DNA of 13,314 bases from an uncultured Deinococcales bacterium (lineage in GTDB: Bacteria > Deinococcota > Deinococci > Deinococcales > JAAFIG01), in contig CAXTTL010000135.1 in assembly GCA_964247135.1 (NCBI GenBank), positions 1 to 13,314 of the forward strand. Reading direction: 5' to 3'. How positions within the stretch are numbered: position 1 is the first letter of the stretch; every line of letters begins with the position of its first letter. A program made the position numbers and the translations under genes. The notes below the pieces were generated by a model, which did no database searches, was not told where the DNA came from, and was given only the letters and a program-made list of their open reading frames with translations. Shown here in pieces: positions 1 to 8,278 of the stretch.

Positions 1-1
1 A

Positions 2-640
2 CGCCTCGGTCACCGCGTGGCGTTGGCAGTCACCGACGGCAAACTCGAGATGGATGCCATGAACAGTATTCTGAAAGCCGGACGTGTCACGGGCGTCAAA
101 TACCTGGCTGTTGCCGCCCCCAGAGACGTGCTTGGCTTCCTCGAACCCAGCGCTGCTTTTGGGCGCGTTTGCAAAGTCGAACTCGAGTCACTCTCGGACT
201 TGCGCGACCTTGCCAAACTGTTTTCATTTGGACCACTCGAGCTTGAGGGCTACTGGAATGCGGGCAATATCAACACCGAAACGTTGGATTCGCTCGAGGC
301 GAACGTGCAAAGCCAAATTCAAAGCCGTGGCTTGTTCAGTTTTGTCACGCTGGCACTGAACCATTTTGATGCGCCACGCATCATCACACCCGAAGAAATT
401 CAGGACAAACTCAGCGCCACGGGCATTACCACCGGCACAATTACAGAAGTCCTCGAGACACTCTCCAAACCACCATTCAACCTGCTCTCCCCAATGGGCG
501 TGGGCGAATACCACCTCCGCGCCAACCTCGAGCGCGGTTTGTCGGATGTGGCAGAATACGTCTCGAGCCTGAGAATCCGCCTTCGTCATCCTGTGGTGAA
601 TGCCAGTGCGGAAGCGGAAACAGTTTCAAGCGGCAAGTAA
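2..640 (+). CDS. Hypothetical protein, 3' part (5' end probably outside the window)
   Basis: The frame is open from base 2 (RLGHRVALAVTDG...) to TAA at 638-640 and is followed directly by a terminator. No family motif recognised. Confidence 0.7.
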   Translation, partial: RLGHRVALAVTDGKLEMDAMNSILKAGRVTGVKYLAVAAPRDVLGFLEPSAAFGRVCKVELESLSDLRDLAKLFSFGPLELEGYWNAGNINTETLDSLEANVQSQIQSRGLFSFVTLALNHFDAPRIITPEEIQDKLSATGITTGTITEVLETLSKPPFNLLSPMGVGEYHLRANLERGLSDVAEYVSSLRIRLRHPVVNASAEAETVSSGK

Positions 641-658
641 AATCTGGATTTTCTCGAG

Positions 659-687
659 CGGACAGCGGTTGTGCTGTCCGTTTTTTT
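659..687 (+). terminator. Rho-independent terminator
   Basis: CGGACAGC-ggttgt-GCTGTCCG stem-loop followed by T7, 18 nt after the stop codon. Confidence 0.85.
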
Positions 688-904
688 GATGCTCGAGAAA
701 GCATCGAAATGTAAAAACCTCGAGCCTCACAAGATGATTTTACGCTCGAGAATTTGAACCTGAAACCTCGAGAAATATGCCCAAAACTTTCTTGAAATTT
801 TCGCCCCTTGTGTTCATTATTTTGGTAAGAATGGATCAAAATAACCTCGAGATTTACGTCTCTGACAGCAATGTGGGTTTTGTAAGAAATCGGTAAGTCT
901 GTGC

Positions 905-913
905 TGCTAAGAT
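905..913 (+). promoter_or_regulatory. Putative extended -10 promoter for the pilin genes
   Basis: TG-c-TAAGAT about 87 nt upstream of the pilin ATG. RBS AAGGAG at 987-992. No well-spaced -35 seen. Confidence 0.4.
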
Positions 914-999
914 AACTGAGTTCCGAAGAGGAACAAGCACTAAGGAAGATCAACCCGAGCCTATAAAATACCTATTCGGGAAGATCAAGGAGAAAGAAA

Positions 1000-1398
1000 A
1001 TGAAGAACAAGACCCAAGGTTTCACGCTGATCGAGCTTCTCATCGTTATCGCCATCATTGGTATTCTCGCCGCAGTTTTGATTCCAAACTTACTGTCAGC
1101 CCGTACCACCGCGAACCAACGCGCCGTTCAAGCCCACAGCGCCAACGTCTATAAGGCTTTGACCGCTGCTCTTGCAAGCGATAGCGCAGCTACTGTTGCT
1201 ACAATTGGTACGTTGTACGGTGCAACTTGCACCGCAGAATCTTTGGTTGCTGGTTCCAAGTTGTACGGTTGGTCAAAAGCACCAGGTGCAGTGGCTAGTT
1301 GCGCCATTGGTTCAGCAGGTACAGATTTCTCAGTTGTGGTTACGGCAGACGCTGCGACCGGTGGCAAAGCATCAACCAACGGCGGACCACTCCAATAA
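1000..1398 (+). CDS. pilA: Type IV pilin (probable major pilin, Thermus PilA4/Deinococcus pilin type)
   Basis: Class III signal peptide MKNKTQG|FTLIELLIVIAIIGILAAVLIPNLL with Glu at +5, 132 aa, C-terminal Cys pair, strong RBS. Confidence 0.95.
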   Translation: MKNKTQGFTLIELLIVIAIIGILAAVLIPNLLSARTTANQRAVQAHSANVYKALTAALASDSAATVATIGTLYGATCTAESLVAGSKLYGWSKAPGAVASCAIGSAGTDFSVVVTADAATGGKASTNGGPLQ

Positions 1399-1437
1399 TC
1401 GCACAGTATACATAGGTTGATTTACAGTTCATTTTCG

Positions 1438-1475
1438 ACCCCGCCTTGTCTAAATGACCTGGCGGGGTTTCGTTT
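1438..1475 (+). terminator. Intergenic stem-loop (terminator/attenuator) between the pilin genes
   Basis: ACCCCGCC (1438-1445) pairs with GGCGGGGT (1461-1468), followed by TTCGTTT. Confidence 0.7.
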
Positions 1476-1487
1476 AAAGGAGAGTAT

Positions 1488-1889
1488 ATGAAGCGGTATA
1501 CCCAAGGGTTCACGCTCATTGAACTATTAATTGTTATTGCCATCATCGGTATTCTTGCTGCTGTTTTGATCCCAAACTTACTAAATGCTCGGGCAACAGC
1601 CAATGCAAGGGCAGCACAAGTTCATAGTTCTAATGTTTATAAAGCCCTTTCGGCTCAAATTTCCAGTGAACCCAATAAGAATGTTCAGCAAGTTGTTGCA
1701 ATGTATAGTTCCACAGATTGTAAACTTCCTCAAGTAACAACAGCATCTATTCTTTATGGGTGGCAAGCATCGCCACCAACGGTTCAAAGCTGCACGATCA
1801 CAACCCCAACAGCAGCAGATACAGATTTTACAGTTACGGTTGTAACTGATTCAACGGCATTTAGTAAAACTTTTGTTAATGGTAGATAG
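1488..1889 (+). CDS. Second type IV pilin, paralog of the upstream pilin
   Basis: MKRYTQG|FTLIELLIVIAIIGILAAVLIPNLL, 133 aa, Cys pair flanking YGW as in pilin 1. RBS AAGGAG at 1477-1482. Confidence 0.93.
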   Translation: MKRYTQGFTLIELLIVIAIIGILAAVLIPNLLNARATANARAAQVHSSNVYKALSAQISSEPNKNVQQVVAMYSSTDCKLPQVTTASILYGWQASPPTVQSCTITTPTAADTDFTVTVVTDSTAFSKTFVNGR

Positions 1890-1924
1890 TAGTAAATCAA
1901 ATAACTTGAAATATTTTTATTGAA

Positions 1925-3271
1925 CTATATGTCCGAAACACTATCGTTTCGGACACTTTTATTTTGGATACAAGCCACCGCAAGGATCACAAAAAATATT
2001 CCCTCGGCTTCAACGGTCATATACCAAAACAAGTTCCAGACCAGGTACGCGAAAATTGACAGTGAAAAAAAATCAAATCTTAATAGGTTTCTAAACGAAA
2101 ATGAAATAAGCCACAAATACAAAGCCAAGCCAACCAATCCCCACATTAAGGCAATATCTAAAAATTGATCGTGTGCTTTCCAAGTGGAAAGACTCATAAA
2201 AGATGGTTGATTTTTATCGTTTAAAACCTGAAACATTTCAATTCCAGTTTTTTCATCTCGAATCGTCCGAACATATTTGACCCCATAGAAAGCTTTAAAA
2301 AATTGAATTAATTCGTCAGGTGTGACAAATTTTCTCCAAGCATCTTGAAATTGAGGTCCGCCATAACCAAAAACAGGTGCAGCCAAAATTCCTTTTAAAG
2401 CAATTTTATACAAAACTGCTCTCGCTTGATACTGGGTTGGTTCGGTAAAATCACGTTTAAAAGCTTGATTGATTAAAAAGACAAAACCAAACCCAAATAA
2501 AGCACCAATAAGAATTGCAGTAGCAGCGCTTAAGGCAATTTTTATTTTTTTATTTAAGGCAAAAAAGAAAGAAGTTGCTGCCAAACTTATATAAGGCGAT
2601 TTACTAAAGGCTAGTCCTATACCAAAGCTTGTAAAAATCAATAAAAAAAGCGTGTTTTGAAAATTCGTGGTCAAAAAACTAAAGAATCCGCCAGTTAACA
2701 AAATTAAAAAACCACCCAAGTGACCATTCGATCCAAAATTTAAAACGGGTAAATCCGCAGGTAAGGCACTGGGAATTAAAAAAGATTTTCTCAATACAAC
2801 TTCAATAATTGCAAGTACAATAAAAACAATTAAGAGATACCGTAAAGTAAGCATAAAAATATCTTTTATCTCTTGATCTCGATTCACTTCAAAATAAACC
2901 AGAAAGAAAACGAATGAAAGCAAAACCGTTCCAAAAGCGCTATCGGCGTTTGAATTTAAATCACCCAACAAGCCAATAATTGGGGTTTTGGAAAAAATTG
3001 AACTCACAACCGCCCAAAAGCCGAATAAAAGTGCCACAAAAGGCGCAGGGTGTATTTTCACAAAAGGTACAAGGTTTTTGATATTGCTTAAGCGCAGATC
3101 GGGATAAGCAGTCCAAGTTAGAAAGAAACCACCAAGAACCGCAAAAAAGCTGAGCAACAACCTGATTTGAGTACTTCCTGACGCGTTGGGGTGTTGAAGG
3201 GGATAAAAAAGTATGGCATAAAGCACAACATAGCCAGCCCACCAATACCGACGCACAAGCTTTAAATCCAT
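1925..3271 (-). CDS. O-antigen ligase (Wzy_C) family membrane protein, probable pilin O-oligosaccharyltransferase
   Basis: 448 aa with many hydrophobic segments. The loop PVFGYG...AHDQFLDIALMWGLVG resembles the Wzy_C H-N/D...G..G motif. The pilin substrate is inferred from adjacency. Confidence 0.75.
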   Translation of the reverse strand: MDLKLVRRYWWAGYVVLYAILFYPLQHPNASGSTQIRLLLSFFAVLGGFFLTWTAYPDLRLSNIKNLVPFVKIHPAPFVALLFGFWAVVSSIFSKTPIIGLLGDLNSNADSAFGTVLLSFVFFLVYFEVNRDQEIKDIFMLTLRYLLIVFIVLAIIEVVLRKSFLIPSALPADLPVLNFGSNGHLGGFLILLTGGFFSFLTTNFQNTLFLLIFTSFGIGLAFSKSPYISLAATSFFFALNKKIKIALSAATAILIGALFGFGFVFLINQAFKRDFTEPTQYQARAVLYKIALKGILAAPVFGYGGPQFQDAWRKFVTPDELIQFFKAFYGVKYVRTIRDEKTGIEMFQVLNDKNQPSFMSLSTWKAHDQFLDIALMWGLVGLALYLWLISFSFRNLLRFDFFSLSIFAYLVWNLFWYMTVEAEGIFFVILAVACIQNKSVRNDSVSDI

Positions 3272-3292
3272 GTGGCAATTGTATGCTTATTC

Positions 3293-5062
3293 TCAAGGCA
3301 GCGACAACACCGTAAACACCGTCACTCGAGCACCAAGACTGCCAAACGCCAAGTCCATGCCCAAATTAAACGGTAAAAAACCAAACCAGCGCCCTGGCAA
3401 GTTTAGACCAACTCCAGCATCGAACAGGTAACTCGAGTTCAAGTCCCAGCCAAAATCGCTGAAGATGCGGATTTCTGGCGCTAGGCTGGCAATGCCTGCA
3501 ACATTCGGGATTTGAAAACGGTATCCAAACTCGAGGTTGGCAATCAGCACACTTTGGCGGGTCAGGTAGGCTTCTGGGTAGGCGCGAAGCAGGCTGCTCG
3601 AGCCGAGGGCAAAGCCTTGGGTGTTGCTTGAATAACCGATGAGGGCACGAGCGCGGGTGAACCAGGGCGAGCCAAGGATTTGCCATTTAAACGCAATTTG
3701 GCTTTCGATGCGGGGATTCAGGTTTTCACCGAACCGAAGCTCGAGTGAACTTGAGAAATCGAAATCACCCAGTTGCGCTCGAGCCGTGCCTGTCAAACCA
3801 ATGGCTTGCGAATCAAGCGACAACCGAATACCAAAGTCAGTATTGCGGTACTCGAGTCCAAGTTCCCAGGGTGCGCCCGTCGGTCGGCGGGCTGGGTCAA
3901 ACGTTCCATAAACGCGAGTTTCGCTCGAGAATCGGTACTCGAGTTTGGCGTAACCGCTGCTTTCGGGGGCGTTGAGCAGTTTGACGTAACCGCCGGCAAT
4001 CCCAAAGTTTCCAAGGATTCCGCCTGTGGCTTCCAAACCCAGTCCGAGCGAACCCCAAGCGCTCGGCGCGCCGACTCGAGTGCCCCAGTCAAAGGCGCTC
4101 GGTCCAAGCTCGATTTGGGGGGCAACAGTCAATTCGGCTGGAATCGCTCGAGCCAGATTTAAACCTTGATCGAGTCTTGAACGCCAGACTTGATTGATGG
4201 GATTGTTCTTGTGCGGATCGCCTGGAGGATTGAGTTTGATGTTTTTTTGCTCGAGGATTTTGGCAACCTCGAGCCAGTGTTCGCTTGCGGTTTCACGTCC
4301 GCGTTTGATGAGTTCTCGAGCACTGCCAAAATCAAAATATTGTGCATCATAAGCTTTCACGCGCACCGTCAAATCGGGCTGGGCTTGATCGACAGGCAGT
4401 GTCACCGCCGCAACCGTCAAGCCAAGACTCGAGATGAGATTGTCTGGTTTTATATTGGGTTCGGCAAGACCGCGAATGGAAATCACGACACTCGAACCTA
4501 AGTCTCTGGCAACGTCCACGGGGATTGGGTTTTTCAAGCCACCATCGGCGTAATAATGCCCGTCAATTTCGACGGCGGGAAAGACAATCGGCAAACTGAT
4601 CGAGGCTCGCATGGCGGTGGTCAGGTCACCTTTGGTTAACGCAATGGCTGGTGCAACCTCGAGTTTGGTAACTATGACCGCCAGTTGCGGACTGGTGTTC
4701 TCGAGTTGCTGGTTGTCCACCAGGGCGCGGTAAACAGCTTCCAAGCCGCGAATGTCGAGCAATCCTTTGGTTGGTGGGAAGGTGACTCGAGCCAGGTCGG
4801 ATTGATGGTGTTGAAGTTCGGAAAAAATATCGGCAATCGTGTCAAAGCTATAACCACTTGAGTACAAGCCTGAAACCATCGCGCCGGCGCTCGTGCCGAC
4901 GATCAAATCCAGCGGCATTCCGCGTTCGACCAATTCTTGCAGTGCGCCCAAATACGCAAAACCCCTGGCGACGCCGCCCGCCATCGTTACGCCCACTTTT
5001 TGGGCGAAGGCGCTCGAGACTAAAATTTGAGAGAACAACAGAACCAGCAGAAGACGACGCAT
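3293..5062 (-). CDS. Secreted patatin-like phospholipase with probable C-terminal outer-membrane beta-barrel (PlpD-like)
   Basis: Signal peptide MRRLLLVLLFSQILVSSAFA, then GGVARG oxyanion loop, GTSAG nucleophile and DGG. The C-terminal half has alternating beta-strand patterns and FALGSSSLLRAYP. ATG 5062 preferred over 5071. Confidence 0.85.
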   Translation of the reverse strand: MRRLLLVLLFSQILVSSAFAQKVGVTMAGGVARGFAYLGALQELVERGMPLDLIVGTSAGAMVSGLYSSGYSFDTIADIFSELQHHQSDLARVTFPPTKGLLDIRGLEAVYRALVDNQQLENTSPQLAVIVTKLEVAPAIALTKGDLTTAMRASISLPIVFPAVEIDGHYYADGGLKNPIPVDVARDLGSSVVISIRGLAEPNIKPDNLISSLGLTVAAVTLPVDQAQPDLTVRVKAYDAQYFDFGSARELIKRGRETASEHWLEVAKILEQKNIKLNPPGDPHKNNPINQVWRSRLDQGLNLARAIPAELTVAPQIELGPSAFDWGTRVGAPSAWGSLGLGLEATGGILGNFGIAGGYVKLLNAPESSGYAKLEYRFSSETRVYGTFDPARRPTGAPWELGLEYRNTDFGIRLSLDSQAIGLTGTARAQLGDFDFSSSLELRFGENLNPRIESQIAFKWQILGSPWFTRARALIGYSSNTQGFALGSSSLLRAYPEAYLTRQSVLIANLEFGYRFQIPNVAGIASLAPEIRIFSDFGWDLNSSYLFDAGVGLNLPGRWFGFLPFNLGMDLAFGSLGARVTVFTVLSLP

Positions 5063-5097
5063 CTCGAGCATCGTAAAACAGATTTGCTAATTTACAG

Positions 5098-6276
5098 TCA
5101 AGCAAGCCGCAATTTCGCGCCTGACGCAAGTAGCAAAGCTCGAGCGCGTCCGACCAAGTACAGCGATCCGGCGATCACGATTTTGGGAGCGGTGATGGTG
5201 ACTAGCGCCATCTCGAGGGATTCAAAAGCCGTTCCATCAAACTCGAGCGCCAGCACAAACGGATCGGCACCCAATTCGCCAGGAGAGACAAAACTGACAC
5301 TCGAGGTTTTTAAGCGCAGGGCTTCGAGCATGGCGGAGACGTTCTTTCGTGCCATCACACCAAAAATCAGGGCAAAACCAGGCTCAAGATTTTCAGCCAA
5401 GGCTCGAGCGCCAGCAGGGTTGTGAGCGCCGTCGAGAATGTACTGGCGGTTTTCAAAGTCAAAAATTTCAAAGCGTCCAGCCCAGGTGGTTTGCATGGCG
5501 GCATCGATGCTGAATTCGGGTTGCTCGAGGATTCTTAAACTGGCGGCAACCAAAGCGGCATTCTCGAGTTGATGGCTTCCGCGCAAGGCGGGCGCTTGAG
5601 GCAGGGTGAACAAGGGATTCTCGAGGTCAAGCACATGCAACGGTGCGTGACGCTGACTGGTAATCTCACGGATGATCTCGAGTGGCACACCTCGAGCGGC
5701 GGTCACCACCGGAATGTCATTTCTGATTGCCCCAGCTTTCTCGAGCGTGATGCGCTCCAATGTGCCGCCCAAAGCTTCGACATGGTCAAAGTCAACATTG
5801 GTGATGATGGTCAGTTTGATACGCTCGAGGTTGTTGGTGGCATCGTGCAAGCCGCCCACGCCAGCCTCGACCACTGCAAGATCAACGTGTTGCTTGGCAA
5901 AATACTTGAACGCCATGGCGGTCACGAAATCAAAAAATGCCGCCTCGAGTTGCAAACTTTGCGCCCAACGCACGAACGATTCAATTTCTGAGGCTGAAAT
6001 CTGCTGTCCATTCACCAAAATCCGTTCCGAAAACTCGAGCAAATGCGGCGAGGTAAAACGCCCAACTTTAATACCGGTCGAACGCAAACCCGCCTCGAGC
6101 ATGGCACAGACGCTGCCCTTGCCGTTCGTGCCGATCACATGAATGGCAGGAAATTTGGTTTGAGGCTTCTCGAGTTTTTCCAGCAATTCTCGGGTTCGTT
6201 CAGTGCCTCGCGCCGCGCCAGAACGCGTGCGGGCGAACAACCAATGAATCGCGTTTTCATCAACAGGCTTATCCAC
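5098..6276 (-). CDS. folC: Folylpolyglutamate synthase/dihydrofolate synthase
   Basis: HVIGTNGKGS P-loop, FTSPHL, VEAGVGGLHDATN, ILDGAHNPAG and IAGSLYLVG motifs. GTG start. Confidence 0.95.
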   Translation of the reverse strand: MDKPVDENAIHWLFARTRSGAARGTERTRELLEKLEKPQTKFPAIHVIGTNGKGSVCAMLEAGLRSTGIKVGRFTSPHLLEFSERILVNGQQISASEIESFVRWAQSLQLEAAFFDFVTAMAFKYFAKQHVDLAVVEAGVGGLHDATNNLERIKLTIITNVDFDHVEALGGTLERITLEKAGAIRNDIPVVTAARGVPLEIIREITSQRHAPLHVLDLENPLFTLPQAPALRGSHQLENAALVAASLRILEQPEFSIDAAMQTTWAGRFEIFDFENRQYILDGAHNPAGARALAENLEPGFALIFGVMARKNVSAMLEALRLKTSSVSFVSPGELGADPFVLALEFDGTAFESLEMALVTITAPKIVIAGSLYLVGRARALLLASGAKLRLA

Positions 6277-6289
6277 AGTGTGTTGATAA
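6257..6289. promoter_or_regulatory. Cluster of three DnaA-box-like 9-mers
   Basis: TCATCAACA (6257-6265, 2 mismatches), TTATCCACA (6269-6277, perfect) and TGTTGATAA (6281-6289, inverted, 1 mismatch), each 3 nt apart. Confidence 0.55.
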
Positions 6290-6291
6290 CC

Positions 6292-7110
6292 CTACCGAGT
6301 TTGGGCTTCGGCTGGCAAGCTTTTCAGCCATTTCAAATGCGATGCCCAAACTTTAGACCACAAGGCACTGGTGTCAACCTGCAAATCAAACACTTCACGC
6401 AACACCGTGTCGTACTCGTCTTGAGACTCGAGCGTGCGGCTGGTTTCGATGCCGTTTGAAATGGTTTGCAACACCGCCCCGCGCAAACTTTGCACGCCCG
6501 TTTCGGTCATGCGGTGACACACCACAACCCGCACAAAACCGCTCTCGGGCGAGGTTTGTAGATAGGTGCAACGCTCCTGGAAAGATAAAAGTTCTTGAGG
6601 TGTGAGTGTAAAATCAAAGCTGTTCCCGACCGCGCCAAGTGCCACACTCGGAATATCAAATCGCCAATGTTCGCCGTGTTGCTTGAGTTTGAAGGCTCGA
6701 GATTGCTGCGTGTAAACACCCGGCACAAGTGGGATGGGTTCGAGCAAACCATTGCCAAAACCCGCATCCGCCAAATAGGCTTGCTCGAGGTTGACTTTTA
6801 ATGCCAAATGGTTGGCGCTGGTGTTGGTTTGACCCACCGCACACGCCAAATACTGTACTTCAAAACCGATTTCACGCAGCGCCCAAGCCAGCAAACCGTT
6901 CATCTCGTAACACCAACCGCCGCGTTTCTCGAGCACGATTTTTTCAAACGCTCGAGTTGGATTAAGTTCTAGGGTGCGTCCAAAGTGTATGTCTAAATTT
7001 TCATAAGGAATGTTCAGCAAGTGCTGGCGATGCACAGCAATGAAAGTCTCAAGACTTGACTCGAGGCTGCCTGAGTACTTGATGCGCTCAAGATAGCGCT
7101 CGAGGTTCAT
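6292..7110 (-). CDS. Arylamine N-acetyltransferase family protein
   Basis: IPYENLD motif plus the Cys-His-Asp triad motifs RGGWCYEMNGL, NHLAL and LADAGFG. 272 aa. Confidence 0.93.
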   Translation of the reverse strand: MNLERYLERIKYSGSLESSLETFIAVHRQHLLNIPYENLDIHFGRTLELNPTRAFEKIVLEKRGGWCYEMNGLLAWALREIGFEVQYLACAVGQTNTSANHLALKVNLEQAYLADAGFGNGLLEPIPLVPGVYTQQSRAFKLKQHGEHWRFDIPSVALGAVGNSFDFTLTPQELLSFQERCTYLQTSPESGFVRVVVCHRMTETGVQSLRGAVLQTISNGIETSRTLESQDEYDTVLREVFDLQVDTSALWSKVWASHLKWLKSLPAEAQTR

Positions 7111-7137
7111 GAACTGATTTTAAAGCCTGAAATGTGA

Positions 7138-7167
7138 ATGCTCGAGTCTGTTGTCTAACTCGAGCAT
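7138..7167. repeat. Perfect 10-bp inverted repeat built from two CTCGAG copies, possible terminator of the AKR gene
   Basis: ATGCTCGAGT-N10-ACTCGAGCAT, 14 nt beyond the AKR stop codon. Confidence 0.6.
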
Positions 7168-7181
7168 CAAACGGTTTGTTG

Positions 7182-8192
7182 TTACTCGCTCGAGCCGTGC
7201 AAGCGGGTTTCTTTGTTGTCCAGAACCTTGTCAATCGCAGTCATAACCTCATCGGTCATTTGCGGCATCAGCTCGAGTGCGGCGAAGTTCTCGTGGACTT
7301 GCGCGGCTTTGGACGCGCCCGTGATGACCGTGCTGACGTTAGGGTTCTTGGCGCACCATGCCAGCGCGAGTTTGGGCAGGGTTGTGCCCAAATCGGCAGC
7401 GATCTTTGCCAATTCTTGAATTTTGGGCAGTTGCGCTTTTATTTCCGGACTCTCAAAACGGGCTTTCAACCACTCGTAACCCGGTAAATTGATGCGGGTG
7501 TCGTTCGGCATGACATCGTTGTACTTGCCAGTCAACAAACCGCTCGAGAGTGGTGACCAGATGGTCGTGCCCAAACCGAGCGTGTCTGGGTTGTACAGCC
7601 GTTTGTACTCAACTTCGACGCGGTAACGGGTGAACATGTTGTACTGCGGTTGTTCCATCGTTGGCGGAATCAAATTGTACTGACGGGCGACCGCGTAAGC
7701 TTCCATCAATTCTTGCGCCGACCATTCGCTCGTGCCCCAGTAGAGCACATCGCCGCGATGGATGAGTTCGGTCATGGCACGTACCGTCTCTTCAATCGGT
7801 GTGTTGCGATCTGGGCGGTGACAAAAGTACAAATCGAGGTAATCGCATTGCAAGCGCTTGATGGCTTGATGGCACGCCTCGAAAACGTGTTTGCGCGAAA
7901 GCCCCCGCTGAATTGGCGATGGGTTCTCGATTGCGCCACCAAAAACCTTACTCGAGACAATATAACTGTCGCGTCGCCATCCTGCTTTGGTGAGCGCTTC
8001 GCCCATGATGGTTTCGGCTTGACCTCGAGCGTAAACTTCGGCGTTGTCAAAAAAATTGCAGCCGTTGTCGTATGCCGCCGACATCAATTCCAGCGCCCCG
8101 TCCACATCCAATTGCGTGCCGAACGTGACCCATGCCCCGAAAGACAAGACGCTGACTTGCAAACCTGATTTGCCCAAACGACGAAATTCCAT
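7182..8192 (-). CDS. Aldo/keto reductase, Kv-beta-subunit-like subfamily
   Basis: [42 protein letters not shown] and WSPL..GLLTGKY motifs. An AGAAGGGG RBS supports ATG 8192. Confidence 0.93.
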   Translation of the reverse strand: MEFRRLGKSGLQVSVLSFGAWVTFGTQLDVDGALELMSAAYDNGCNFFDNAEVYARGQAETIMGEALTKAGWRRDSYIVSSKVFGGAIENPSPIQRGLSRKHVFEACHQAIKRLQCDYLDLYFCHRPDRNTPIEETVRAMTELIHRGDVLYWGTSEWSAQELMEAYAVARQYNLIPPTMEQPQYNMFTRYRVEVEYKRLYNPDTLGLGTTIWSPLSSGLLTGKYNDVMPNDTRINLPGYEWLKARFESPEIKAQLPKIQELAKIAADLGTTLPKLALAWCAKNPNVSTVITGASKAAQVHENFAALELMPQMTDEVMTAIDKVLDNKETRLHGSSE

Positions 8193-8278
8193 AAAAATCA
8201 CCCCTTCTTGGTGTTACAAGCGAAAAGTATCGCCTGTGGAAGGGGTGAAGCACAATAGCGTATTTTACGTTTACAGCT

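Noticed and set aside
653-851. Quasi-regular CTCGAG spacing as a CRISPR array or iteron set
   Set aside because: Only 6-9 bp are shared, spacing is irregular (39, 27, 26, 22, 79), and no cas or rep gene is present.
477-953. 158-aa minus-strand ORF across the intergenic region
   Set aside because: It overlaps the upstream CDS, terminator and pilin promoter, and has no protein-like features.
6257-6289. DnaA boxes as the chromosomal origin
   Set aside because: Only three boxes, a 15-bp intergenic gap, no AT-rich unwinding element, and no dnaA/dnaN nearby.
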